A stretch of DNA of 64,000 nt from Candidatus Thermofontivivens primus (GTDB taxonomy: Bacteria; Sysuimicrobiota; Sysuimicrobiia; Sysuimicrobiales; Thermofontiviventaceae): contig JAVKJW010000001.1 of assembly GCA_031458695.1 (NCBI GenBank), positions 1 through 64,000 of the forward strand. Direction: 5' to 3'. This document shows, piece by piece, positions 18,571 through 27,338 of the stretch. The notes beneath the pieces were generated by a model, which was not told where the DNA came from, ran no database searches, and saw only the letters and a list, made by a program, of their open reading frames with translations. Position numbers and translations under genes: made by a program. The stretch's first letter is position 1; every line of letters begins with the position of its first letter.

Positions 18571-19182
18571 TTACTCCCCACTCACCCGGCGGTTCTCCAT
18601 GGCGTACTCCCAGAGCGCCTGGCGGAGTTGCTGGCGCCCGCGATGGAGCCTGGACATCACCGTTCCCAAAGGGATGTCTAGGATCTCTGAGATCTCCTTG
18701 TAAGAAAATCCCTCGATATCGGCAAGGACCACAGCCATCCGGAACGGCGCAGGGAGTTGCGAGAGTGCCTTCCGCACGTGTTCGTCCATGATCCGCTCGA
18801 TGAATGCCTCAGGGTTCCCTCTCTCACTGAACTCCGTGCTTCCATGGACCCTATTGGAAAGGTAGAACTCCCCGATATCCTCCTGATCCACCCTCTCAGG
18901 CTCTCTATGGCTCCGGCGATACCTGTCAATGTAGGCATTCATGAGGATCTTAAAAAGCCAGGCCCGGGCGTTTGTTCCCTCCTGGAACCGGTCGAACGAT
19001 CGCCAGGCCCGGAGGAATGTCTCCTGAACGAGATCCTCGGCATCGCTGCGGTGTCCTGTAAGGCGCAAGGCCGTCCGGTAGAGGGGGTCAAGGAATTCCT
19101 CCACCATGGCTTCATAACGTTCTTGTGCACCTCTGTTCCTTCCCTGGTCCATCTCTGTAAACGATCTCCCTGCACCGTCCAT
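18571..19182 (-). CDS. ECF sigma factor (SigR/SigH-like); start uncertain
   Basis: DAEDLVQET, FQEGTNARAWL, GFSYKEI, GTVMSRLHRGR. Confidence 0.92.
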   Translation of the reverse strand: MDGAGRSFTEMDQGRNRGAQERYEAMVEEFLDPLYRTALRLTGHRSDAEDLVQETFLRAWRSFDRFQEGTNARAWLFKILMNAYIDRYRRSHREPERVDQEDIGEFYLSNRVHGSTEFSERGNPEAFIERIMDEHVRKALSQLPAPFRMAVVLADIEGFSYKEISEILDIPLGTVMSRLHRGRQQLRQALWEYAMENRRVSGE

Positions 19183-19389
19183 TCCTACACCGTCCCTTTG
19201 TCCCACAAAGGGGGTGCACAGGCTTTCAGGGCCACGAGAGGGAGATGCAAGCTTCGCGAAAGCCGCCCTTTGCCGGGCATTTCGAAGGGGAGTGTCTCGC
19301 TTCTTGATACAGACGGATCTCTGCTACTCCCGGAAAAGTCAGCAAGAAAGGGTTTGCTCACTCGCTTGGGATCCCTGGGTGGATCTTCC

Positions 19390-19821
19390 TCAGGCGCGCC
19401 TTGCTGGCTCTCGGGGGCGGTCGGGGAGCAGGTCCGCAAGGGTCATCTGCTTCAGAACCCCTTCAGCAGCCGTGCGGATCGCCTCCCACACCGGGCGGAC
19501 ACCACACCCTGGGGCATAGATACAGGGAACGTCCCCCGCCTCCACACATTCCCATGGAGAGAGGGAGCCCTCCAGGACGACAAAAGCCTCCCGCAGGGTA
19601 ATCTCCTCAGGAGGCCGCGCCAGGACGTGACCGCCGTTTGGCCCGCGCTTGCTCGTCACAAGCCCCGCCCTTCGGAGGGTGACCATCAGCTGGTTGAGGT
19701 AAGGGACGGGAAGACCCTGACGGCGCGCGATCTCGTGGCTCTGCACAGGACCCTGCCCGTAGTGGATGGCCAGATCTAACAAGGCCCTGATTCCGTACTC
19801 TGCTCGTGTCGAGACCCGCAT
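19390..19821 (-). CDS. Rrf2 family regulator (IscR/CymR-like, three Cys)
   Basis: STRAEYGIRAL, SKRGPNGG, C-x6-C-x5-C. Confidence 0.92.
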   Translation of the reverse strand: MRVSTRAEYGIRALLDLAIHYGQGPVQSHEIARRQGLPVPYLNQLMVTLRRAGLVTSKRGPNGGHVLARPPEEITLREAFVVLEGSLSPWECVEAGDVPCIYAPGCGVRPVWEAIRTAAEGVLKQMTLADLLPDRPREPARRA

Positions 19822-19865
19822 GGTTCCCTCACATCCTTCCTTGATCCCGCGGGATCAGGACGCCT

Positions 19866-20273
19866 TCATCCCTCCTGGACCTCCACGTCCTCCTCGGAGA
19901 TCTTCCCATCGAGGATACGGAAGGCCCGAATCACCGGGTTCTGCTGGTCTTGGAGGGAGACGATTACATAGATGGCTTCCGGGTAGAAGGCCTTCTCCAC
20001 GTCGGTCCGAGAGGGATAGGCCTGGGAGTGCGTGTGAGAGTGGTAGATCCCCACCAGCTCCCAGCCCTTCGCCTCTATCTCTTTGAAGAATTTCAGTTGC
20101 TCTGCCGGATCCATGAGATAGGTAAAGGGGCTATGGTCGACATTGGTCCCCCGGTAGACCTCTTCCACGACCCCATCCTTCCCAGCAAGGAGCCCACAGC
20201 ATTCGTTGGGATATTCTTCCCGGGCGTGCCGGATGATTTCCTCCACTTGATTCTTCCGCAATCTGAGCGCCAT
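19866..20273 (-). CDS. mec: M67/JAB metallopeptidase (Mec+-like, CysO-Cys peptidase)
   Basis: PNECCGLL, YHSHT..AYPS.TD JAMM motif; next to cysM. Confidence 0.85.
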   Translation of the reverse strand: MALRLRKNQVEEIIRHAREEYPNECCGLLAGKDGVVEEVYRGTNVDHSPFTYLMDPAEQLKFFKEIEAKGWELVGIYHSHTHSQAYPSRTDVEKAFYPEAIYVIVSLQDQQNPVIRAFRILDGKISEEDVEVQEG

Positions 20274-20322
20274 CTTCCCGCGATACTCACCTGCCCTCAT
20301 TTTACCATAAAGCTAGGCCATC

Positions 20323-21291
20323 TTAGAGCTCTCTCCAAAGGGCCGTGCTCAGATAGCGATCCCCGCCGTCAGGGAAGATCACGACCACGACCCCCTCTTC
20401 GAGGGACCGCGCCACCTCCAGCGCAGCGACCATCGCCGCCCCTGCAGACTGGCCAACAAAGAGCCCCTCCTCCCGGGCAAGGCGCCGCGCCATGGCGTAG
20501 GCGTCCTCGGTGCGCACATGGATCTTCCGATCGTGGACTCGGGGATCATAGATGCCCGGGACAATAGCCGTCTCCATGTGCTTAAGCCCCTCAATCCCAT
20601 GGAGAGGGCTATCTGGCTCCACCGCAATCACCTCAATCGCTGGGTTGAACTCCTTAAGCCGGCGCCCTACTCCCATGAGGGTCCCGCTCGTGCCGATCCC
20701 GGCGACGAAGTGGGTCACGCGACCTCCTGTCTGCTCGAGGATCTCCACGCCAGTGGTGTGGTAGTGGGCCCGCCAGTTCTCCGGGTTGTTGTATTGGTCG
20801 GGCATGAAGTAACGATCGGGGTTCTCCTCATAGATCCGCCTAGCGACCCTGATGGCGCCGTCGGAACCCTCCAGAGGGTCGGAGACAATGATCCGCGCCC
20901 CATAGGCAGCGATAATCTTTCTACGCTCCTCGCTCACGTTCCCGGGGACGACGAGTTCCACCTGGTAACCCTTGATGGCGCCGATCATCGCGTAGGCGAT
21001 CCCAGCGTTCCCCGAGGTAGAGTCCAGGATCACCTTCTCGGGAGTGAGCTGGCCCGACCGTTCGGCCTCCTCAATCATCCGCAGGACTGGGCGGTCCTTC
21101 ACGGATCCACCCGGGTTAAACCACTCGGCCTTGGCTAAGATCTCCACACCTTCCTTGACACCCGAAAGGACACGCTCAATGCGCAGAAGAGGCGTCCCCC
21201 CGATGCAGGCCAGGAGGGATGTCCCTCGCCGCGGCGTCAGCTCCGATGCCTTAGCTCTTGTAGAGGACTCGATCGGTCTCACCATGATCAC
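20323..21291 (-). CDS. cysM: PLP-dependent cysteine synthase, CysM-like (probable O-phosphoserine sulfhydrylase)
   Basis: NPGGSVKDRP, TSGNAG, GIGTSGT, IEGLKHM. Confidence 0.85.
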   Translation of the reverse strand: MIMVRPIESSTRAKASELTPRRGTSLLACIGGTPLLRIERVLSGVKEGVEILAKAEWFNPGGSVKDRPVLRMIEEAERSGQLTPEKVILDSTSGNAGIAYAMIGAIKGYQVELVVPGNVSEERRKIIAAYGARIIVSDPLEGSDGAIRVARRIYEENPDRYFMPDQYNNPENWRAHYHTTGVEILEQTGGRVTHFVAGIGTSGTLMGVGRRLKEFNPAIEVIAVEPDSPLHGIEGLKHMETAIVPGIYDPRVHDRKIHVRTEDAYAMARRLAREEGLFVGQSAGAAMVAALEVARSLEEGVVVVIFPDGGDRYLSTALWREL

Positions 21292-22163
21292 TCGTCGAAA
21301 AGCACCGTCGCCTCAGGATAGAACCGGACTCTATGGTCGCGGAGCCTCTCCCCGATCAGCTTCTGGAGCATGGCGTTTGCTTGATCTAAGGGCCTAGACC
21401 CCTGCAGGAACTCCAAGGGAAGGTTCACCCTCAGGGCTCGCCCCGGGATGATGTGCCGGGTGATCCCCGTAGGGAGCTTTGCCCCGTTCTGGGCGATGGC
21501 CAAGATCTCTTCCTTGGTAAATAAAGGGAAGCTAACCAGGACCTCTGCGCCGCCGTACTCCTGGGCCAGGGCAGCAAGGTCATCCTCCAGGACCCGGTAG
21601 ATGCGGGCCGTGGACTTATATACCGCGACAACCCTTCTCAGGAGCTCCACATCCCGTAACAGATCGGACACCCCTCCAACTGCATAGGCTGTCCCGTCCG
21701 AAAGGGTGACCGCGCAGAGGACTTCTCTCCTCCGCAGGCGGGCCTGGGCTTCCTCCTGTGGGACTCGCTCAATCTCCGTTCCAAGGACCCCGGCAATCCG
21801 CTCGATGAGTTCAACACCTGGCATATCCAAGAGGAGGTGACGCCAGACATCCAAGATGATGCACGGGTCGAAGTAATCCACCACCTGGACCATCTGGTAA
21901 GGGTATCCCAGCTGGGTCAAGGCCATGACCCGGTTCGCACCGTCGAGCACCACGAGGGGGCCGGGGAATTGATCCAGGGGTGCGGCAATCGGGGGGTTCT
22001 TCAGGAATCCATCCTGCCGCAAGCGCTCAGAAAGCCGCTCTACACGCTTTGGGTCGCATTCCTCGTGGAGGAGGACCTCTCTCCCCTCCACGATGGCCAT
22101 CCGTGGGAGCCTCAAGCCCCGCAATGAGGCAGTCGTTGTGGTTGCCAGGAGCTCGCGATCCAT
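21288..22163 (-). CDS. SbnI/SerK-like free L-serine kinase (ParB/Srx fold)
   Basis: LLHEE..PKR, NPPI, VLDGANR, WRH, LPTGITRH.IPGRAL.VNLPL, RFYPE: collinear with S. aureus SbnI as recalled. Confidence 0.75.
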   Translation of the reverse strand: MDRELLATTTTASLRGLRLPRMAIVEGREVLLHEECDPKRVERLSERLRQDGFLKNPPIAAPLDQFPGPLVVLDGANRVMALTQLGYPYQMVQVVDYFDPCIILDVWRHLLLDMPGVELIERIAGVLGTEIERVPQEEAQARLRRREVLCAVTLSDGTAYAVGGVSDLLRDVELLRRVVAVYKSTARIYRVLEDDLAALAQEYGGAEVLVSFPLFTKEEILAIAQNGAKLPTGITRHIIPGRALRVNLPLEFLQGSRPLDQANAMLQKLIGERLRDHRVRFYPEATVLFDE

Positions 22164-22174
22164 GGTCCCTCGCG

Positions 22175-23617
22175 TTACTCCGCGTCCTTCCGCTGACGGC
22201 TCAAGTGGTCGATGAGGTCGATCTTGGTCACAATCCCCACGACCCGCCCCTGTTCCACGACAACGGCGGCGTTGGTAGAGATGAAGAGTTCCGCGACCTG
22301 CTCAATGGGTGTATCCGGGTTCACCACAGGAGGAGCCGGATCTACAATCGGCGCGATAGGATCTTCTGGGTCGTACCCTCCCTCGAGGAGGTGGTTAAGG
22401 AGATCCACCTCGGTGATCATCCCGACAAGCCCGCTGTCCTCCAGGACAGGAAGCTGGGAGATATCGTATTGCTTCATCTTGGCGATGACCACCCCAATGG
22501 AGTCCCCTGGGCTCGCTGTGATAAGCTCCAAACGCTTCCCCCGAAGGATGTCCGCCACAACACCCAGCCCGGATTCCAGGAACCCGTGCTCACGCATCCA
22601 GTCGTCTGAGAAGATCTTGGAGAGGTACCGGGCGCCTCCATCTGGGAAGATGACCACCACGCGCTTCCCCGCCCCATGGTCGGGCAGCGTCCGAAGATAC
22701 TTCAGCGCACCCGCAAGAGCCGCCCCACTGCTTCCTCCAGCGAAGATCCCCTCCTCCCGAACCAGTCGGCGCGTCATGAGAAAGGCCTCACGATCCGTGA
22801 CCTGGACCACCTGGTCCACCACGGAGAAGTCCATGGTCTCTGGGAGGAAATCCTCCCCAATCCCTTCGACCTTATAGGTATGGGCCTCGCCAAGGCGTCC
22901 GGACTTGAAGTATTCGGTGTACACAGAACCAATGGGATCAACGCCAACCACAGTGAGCGAGGAGTTACGCTCCTTGAGGAACCGGCCGGCCCCGGAAATG
23001 GTCCCTCCTGTCCCCATCCCGGCTACGAGGATATCCACTTTTCCCCTCGTCTGTTTCCAGATCTCTGGCCCCGTTGTCTCATAGTGTGCCCGGGGATTCA
23101 TCGGGTTATGGTATTGGCCGGCATAGAACGCGTTGGGCGTCTCCTGGGCAATCCTACGGCTTACGCTGTAGTAGCTCCTCGGGTCCTCCGGTGGGACAGC
23201 GGTCGGGGTGATCACGACTCGTGCACCAAACGCCCGCAGTAGCTGGATCTTCTCCTGGCTCATCTTATCGGGGAGGACGAAGACCGTTTTATACCCCTTC
23301 ACGGCGGCAGCCATAGCCAGCCCCACACCGGTGTTCCCGGATGTTGCCTCGACGATCGTACCCCCAGGGCGGAGGAGCCCACGGCGTTCCGCATCCTCGA
23401 TCATAGCGACGCCAATGCGGTCCTTGACCGAGCCTCCTGGGTTCAGGTACTCCAGCTTCGCGACGACTTCGGCACGCACGCCGCGCACCACCTTGTGCAA
23501 CCGGACAAGAGGAGTGTTCCCAATGACCTCGAGGATGCTATCCGCAATTTCCTCCGCGAGAGGGACCTCCAGCGAGGTCCTTCCTCGCAGTTTCCTGGCA
23601 TCTCGTCCGCTCCCCAT
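22175..23617 (-). CDS. cbs: Cystathionine beta-synthase with C-terminal CBS domains
   Basis: NPGGSVKDRIG, PDKMSQEK, GMGTGGT, YKVEGIGEDF, YLSKIF.D.WM, tandem CBS pair. Confidence 0.9.
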   Translation of the reverse strand: MGSGRDARKLRGRTSLEVPLAEEIADSILEVIGNTPLVRLHKVVRGVRAEVVAKLEYLNPGGSVKDRIGVAMIEDAERRGLLRPGGTIVEATSGNTGVGLAMAAAVKGYKTVFVLPDKMSQEKIQLLRAFGARVVITPTAVPPEDPRSYYSVSRRIAQETPNAFYAGQYHNPMNPRAHYETTGPEIWKQTRGKVDILVAGMGTGGTISGAGRFLKERNSSLTVVGVDPIGSVYTEYFKSGRLGEAHTYKVEGIGEDFLPETMDFSVVDQVVQVTDREAFLMTRRLVREEGIFAGGSSGAALAGALKYLRTLPDHGAGKRVVVIFPDGGARYLSKIFSDDWMREHGFLESGLGVVADILRGKRLELITASPGDSIGVVIAKMKQYDISQLPVLEDSGLVGMITEVDLLNHLLEGGYDPEDPIAPIVDPAPPVVNPDTPIEQVAELFISTNAAVVVEQGRVVGIVTKIDLIDHLSRQRKDAE

Positions 23618-23636
23618 CTCCCGGGTCCTTCCCTTC

Positions 23637-23936
23637 TCACTCCCGACTCCATACGGGAGGTTCCCCTCCCGCCATAGCCGGGATAATGGAGACCTCGTCA
23701 CCGTCCGCCAGGGAGGTGTCCTTGCCCTGGAGTTGACGGATCTCTGTCCCGTTGACGAAGATATTGATGAAGCTCCTCACCTCTCCGCTCTCGTCGCAGA
23801 GCTGGGAGAGGATCCCGGGGAACTTCCTCTCCAGGGATTCCAGGAGCTCCCCCACAGTGGCTGCATCCACGATTACCTTTGCCTCCCCACCCGTGTACCG
23901 GCGGAGAGGAGTTGGGAGATAGACCTGCGCCGGCAT
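23637..23936 (-). CDS. MoaD/ThiS/CysO-like sulfur carrier with C-terminal extension after GG
   Basis: LPTPLR.YTGG, INIFVNG, DGDEVSIIPAMAGG followed by EPPVWSRE-stop. Confidence 0.88.
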   Translation of the reverse strand: MPAQVYLPTPLRRYTGGEAKVIVDAATVGELLESLERKFPGILSQLCDESGEVRSFINIFVNGTEIRQLQGKDTSLADGDEVSIIPAMAGGEPPVWSRE

Positions 23937-23941
23937 CTTTT

Positions 23942-25084
23942 TCACCCCATCAACGCCTGTTCGAGATCTTCGATAAGATCCTCCGGGTGTTCGATGCCCA
24001 CAGAAAGCCGGAGGAGGTCCTCCTCCACCTGCAAGGGGGTCCCTTCCAGGGAAGCGTGGGTCATCGAAGCAGGGTGGTCGATGAGGGACTCCACACCTCC
24101 TAGGCTTTCCGCCAGGAGGATGATCCTTGTCTGAGAGGCCACCCTCCGCGCCGCCTCCTTTCCTCCTTTCACCCTAAACGACACCATCCCCCCGAAGCCG
24201 GACATTTGGCGGCGGGCCACCTCATATCCAGGGTGATCGGGAAGCCCAGGGTAGTACACCCTCTCGACACGGGGGTGAGAGCGGAGGAATGCGGCGACCT
24301 GGGACGCGTTGGCCTGGTGTCTCTCCATGCGTATGGCCAGAGTTTTGACCCCCCGGAGAACAAGCCAGCAGTCAAACGGGCCAGGGACGGCTCCGACGGC
24401 GTTTTGATGGAACTTCAGGGTCTCGTAGAGGTCCACGTTGGATGTGATGACGGCCCCGCCGACGACATCGCTGTGCCCTCCCAGGTACTTGGTCGTGGAG
24501 TGGACCACGAGGTCCGCGCCGAGGAGGAGGGGCTTCTGGAAATAGGGGGTCGCGAAGGTGTTGTCCACGGCCACGAGCGCACCACGCCTGTGAGCAATCT
24601 CTGCAATCGCCTGGATATCCAGGATCTTGAGGTAGGGGTTCGTAGGGGTCTCCACGAGGACAAGCCTCGTTGAGGGGGTGAACGCTTCCTCTAGCTGGTC
24701 AAGGTCCGTCATGTCCACGAAGGAGGTCTCCACCCCATAGCGCCCGAGGACGCGCACGAAGTAGCGATAGGTCCCCCCGTACACGTCGTTGGGGGCAAGG
24801 ACGTGATCCCCGGGTGAGAGGAGGTAACTCACCGCCGTGATGGCAGCCATTCCAGATGAGAAGGCGAGCCCGAATGCACCCTCTTCAAGGGAAGCCAGGC
24901 ATCGCTCAAGCGCCGCCCGCGTGGGGTTTCCTGTCCGTGCGTATTCATATCCCTTGTGGATCCCTGGGGCCTCCTGGGCGTACGTGGAGGTCTGGTAGAT
25001 GGGAACGATCACAGCGCCTGTAGCCTGGTCAGGTTCCTGCCCATGATGGATTGCCCGCGTTTCAAAACGATAAGAGGACGACAT
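23942..25084 (-). CDS. Cystathionine gamma-lyase/gamma-synthase
   Basis: PIYQTSTY, YARTGNPTR, ETPTNP, DNTFATP, STTKYLGGHSD, AESLGGVESL. Confidence 0.92.
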   Translation of the reverse strand: MSSSYRFETRAIHHGQEPDQATGAVIVPIYQTSTYAQEAPGIHKGYEYARTGNPTRAALERCLASLEEGAFGLAFSSGMAAITAVSYLLSPGDHVLAPNDVYGGTYRYFVRVLGRYGVETSFVDMTDLDQLEEAFTPSTRLVLVETPTNPYLKILDIQAIAEIAHRRGALVAVDNTFATPYFQKPLLLGADLVVHSTTKYLGGHSDVVGGAVITSNVDLYETLKFHQNAVGAVPGPFDCWLVLRGVKTLAIRMERHQANASQVAAFLRSHPRVERVYYPGLPDHPGYEVARRQMSGFGGMVSFRVKGGKEAARRVASQTRIILLAESLGGVESLIDHPASMTHASLEGTPLQVEEDLLRLSVGIEHPEDLIEDLEQALMG

Positions 25085-25108
25085 CCCATGCCCCAATTGT
25101 TGAGGAAA

Positions 25109-25160
25109 ATAGTCTAGATTTGCCTAGGGAGATACTATCATGGGGGTTGGGGGGTGTCAA
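25109..25160 (-). promoter_or_regulatory. Promoter of the sulfur operon with downstream imperfect palindrome (candidate Rrf2 operator)
   Basis: TTGACA-N17-TAGTAT with extended TG (25160-25132); CTAG-N6-CTAG in atagtctagatttgcctagggagat (25109-25133). Confidence 0.65.
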
Positions 25161-25203
25161 GTACAGCACGAACTTGGGTTCCAAAGTATCGCTATACGCT
25201 CCC

Positions 25204-25245
25204 TTGCTCTTCCCGCGTCTTTATGCTATATTCCATATATGGAAT
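25204..25245 (+). promoter_or_regulatory. arsR promoter with 16-bp perfect palindromic operator
   Basis: TTGCTC-N17-TATATT; ATTCCATATATGGAAT (25230-25245) overlapping -10 and start codon. Confidence 0.7.
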
Positions 25246-25612
25246 GAAAACCCAGGATTCCCACTCCAGAAAGTTCCTGAAACCTGAAGTCCTAAAACTC
25301 ATAGGCCACCCTGTGCGGATGCAGATCCTCATGGCCCTGGCGAGGGGGGAGGAGTGTGTCTGCCACCTGACGTTCATGCTGGGGATGCGCCAGGCGTACG
25401 TCTCCCAGCAGCTCGCCATTTTGCGTCGTGCAGGTCTCGTGGTGGACCGGAAAGAGGGCTTGAACGTCTATTACCAAATCGCAGATCCGCACATTCGAGA
25501 ACTCCTCCATCTCTTGGAGAAAGCGGTGGAGGTTCCAAACAAGGTTCATCACCATGGGAGAATAGCGGGGTGCCCTTGTCCCAAGTGTCAGATCGCCCTG
25601 GTCGAGGCGTAA
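25244..25612 (+). CDS. arsR: ArsR/SmtB metalloregulator with Cys/His-rich tail
   Basis: HPVRMQIL, ECVCHL, VSQQLAILR, HHH..GCPCPKC. Confidence 0.88.
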   Translation: MKTQDSHSRKFLKPEVLKLIGHPVRMQILMALARGEECVCHLTFMLGMRQAYVSQQLAILRRAGLVVDRKEGLNVYYQIADPHIRELLHLLEKAVEVPNKVHHHGRIAGCPCPKCQIALVEA

Positions 25613-25672
25613 GGGTTTTTCCCTTTTCTTTTGCCTGGCAATATTCCAAAAACTGAATATAAGGAGGGGCCA

Positions 25673-25945
25673 ATGGAGATCCAGATTCTGTGCGCCGAGT
25701 GTGTGTGTTGCATGCAGTTTGAGCTGCAGGTGTATCGTGCCTTACGGGAGCTCGGCCTTAAGGGAAGGGTGTTTAGGGTTGAAGGGGAATCCATTGTGAA
25801 CTACCTGGTGCCTGGTTCCCAGGCACCAGGGCTGATGATCAACGGGGAACTCGTGTGGGCTGGCGGCCCGCCGCCATCTGAGGAGAAGCTGAAATCCTGG
25901 ATTTGGCTGGCCTTCCAGCGGGAGCAACTCCAGAAAGCAGGGTGA
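25673..25945 (+). CDS. Small thioredoxin-like protein (MTH895/Thioredoxin_3 family, atypical CAECVCC)
   Basis: MEIQILCAECVCC, PGLMING, P...L. Confidence 0.7.
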   Translation: MEIQILCAECVCCMQFELQVYRALRELGLKGRVFRVEGESIVNYLVPGSQAPGLMINGELVWAGGPPPSEEKLKSWIWLAFQREQLQKAG

Positions 25946-25977
25946 ACTGCCCCTCGCTGAAGAAAGGAGGAACTCCC

Positions 25978-27036
25978 ATGCAGGTTTCCCAGATCCTGGC
26001 GGCAGGGCTCTTCGCCCTCAAAGACTACATCGCGTCCCACGTCCTCACCTGTCTTGTTCCTGCTTTCCTCCTGGCTGGAGCGATCGTAACGTTCGTCAAC
26101 CGCGAGGCCATCCTCGATCTCCTTGGAGCGAAAGCGAACAAGCTGAAGTCGTTCTCCCTGGCAAGCGGTGCAAGTTTCTTCCTTGCTGCCTGTTCGTGCA
26201 CAGTAATCCCGGTGAGCAGCGGCCTGTACTACGGCGGGGCGGGAATCGGAGCTGCCTTCATCGTCCTGTGGGTAGCCCCGGCATCCAACCTGCTTGCGCT
26301 GATCTACACCGGCAGTATCCTCGGCGGGGCGATGGTTCTGGCGCGCGTGGTCGCCGCAGTGATCCTGGCCTTCGCTGTCGGCTGGGTCATGTCGCTTGCG
26401 TTCCGGCAGGAAGAAGGGGAACGCATCGCGCACGCTTCCCTTGCATCGAACGGACCGACGACACAAGTCATCGCTCCAGTGGACCTCGGTCTTCTGGGCC
26501 TCCTGGTCGTCTCGCTGCTCGCCCCGAATTACCTCGTGCGCTCAGGCCCGTACAGCCAGAAGGTAGTGGTCTGGGCAATCGCCACAGCGGCTGTTGCCGC
26601 GTACGCTGGCTGGACGAAGACGAGAGCGGAAATCCGCCGGTGGCTCGAGGAGACGTGGTGGTTCGTCCGCCTGATCTTTCCCCTGCTGCTCGTGGGTGTC
26701 TATATCGTCGGGGTGATCGGGGCGTTGCTTCCTCGTACATGGATTGAGCAGTACCTCGGGGGTTCTGGGCTGCAGGCTTCGTTCCTGGCCACATTACTCG
26801 GGAGTGTCAGCTACTTCGCCACCATGACCGAGGCACCGTTCGTACATACCTTGATGAAGCTGGGGATGGGTAAGGGCCCGGCCCTCGCCCTCCTCCTCAC
26901 GGGACCTGGGCTCAGCCTACCGAACTGGCTGGCAATTGCCCGGGTCTTTGGGGCGAAGAAAGCTACTGTCTACGTGCTGACCATCGTTGTCCTTGGAACG
27001 CTGGTGGGCTGGTCCTTTGGCAACTTCATCTTCTGA
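25978..27036 (+). CDS. DUF318/ArsP family permease
   Basis: HVLTCLVPAF, ACSCTVIP, YFATMTE, GPALALLLTGPGLSLP. Confidence 0.9.
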   Translation: MQVSQILAAGLFALKDYIASHVLTCLVPAFLLAGAIVTFVNREAILDLLGAKANKLKSFSLASGASFFLAACSCTVIPVSSGLYYGGAGIGAAFIVLWVAPASNLLALIYTGSILGGAMVLARVVAAVILAFAVGWVMSLAFRQEEGERIAHASLASNGPTTQVIAPVDLGLLGLLVVSLLAPNYLVRSGPYSQKVVVWAIATAAVAAYAGWTKTRAEIRRWLEETWWFVRLIFPLLLVGVYIVGVIGALLPRTWIEQYLGGSGLQASFLATLLGSVSYFATMTEAPFVHTLMKLGMGKGPALALLLTGPGLSLPNWLAIARVFGAKKATVYVLTIVVLGTLVGWSFGNFIF

Positions 27037-27053
27037 ATGGGGGTGATCGTGAA

Positions 27054-27338
27054 ATGAAAATCCAGGTCGTGGGACCAGGTTGCCCGAGGTGCCAGGCGAC
27101 GGAGAGGAACGTCCTCGACGCCTGCTATACGCTGCAGCTTCCCGCGGAGGTTGAGCACGTGCACGATCCGAAGGAATTCGCTAAACTGGGGGTCAGGTTC
27201 ACCCCGGCGGTCATCGTGGACGGGAGGATTTTGATCTCAGGGCGGGTCCCGTCTGTGGCAGAGCTGCAGAAGCTCTTCACAGAGCTCCAGAAGGCTTCCG
27301 GGGAGAGTGAACGTGGGGAGGCTCATCCTCGGACCTGA
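27054..27338 (+). CDS. Small thioredoxin-like redox protein (MTH895/TM0996 family)
   Basis: MKIQVVGPGCPRC, TPAVIVDG, GRVPS. Confidence 0.88.
   Translation: MKIQVVGPGCPRCQATERNVLDACYTLQLPAEVEHVHDPKEFAKLGVRFTPAVIVDGRILISGRVPSVAELQKLFTELQKASGESERGEAHPRT

Noticed and set aside
20323..22163. SbnA/SbnI diaminopropionate (siderophore) pathway
   Set aside because: No SbnB/ornithine cyclodeaminase or NIS synthetase nearby; context is CysO/Mec/CBS/CGL.
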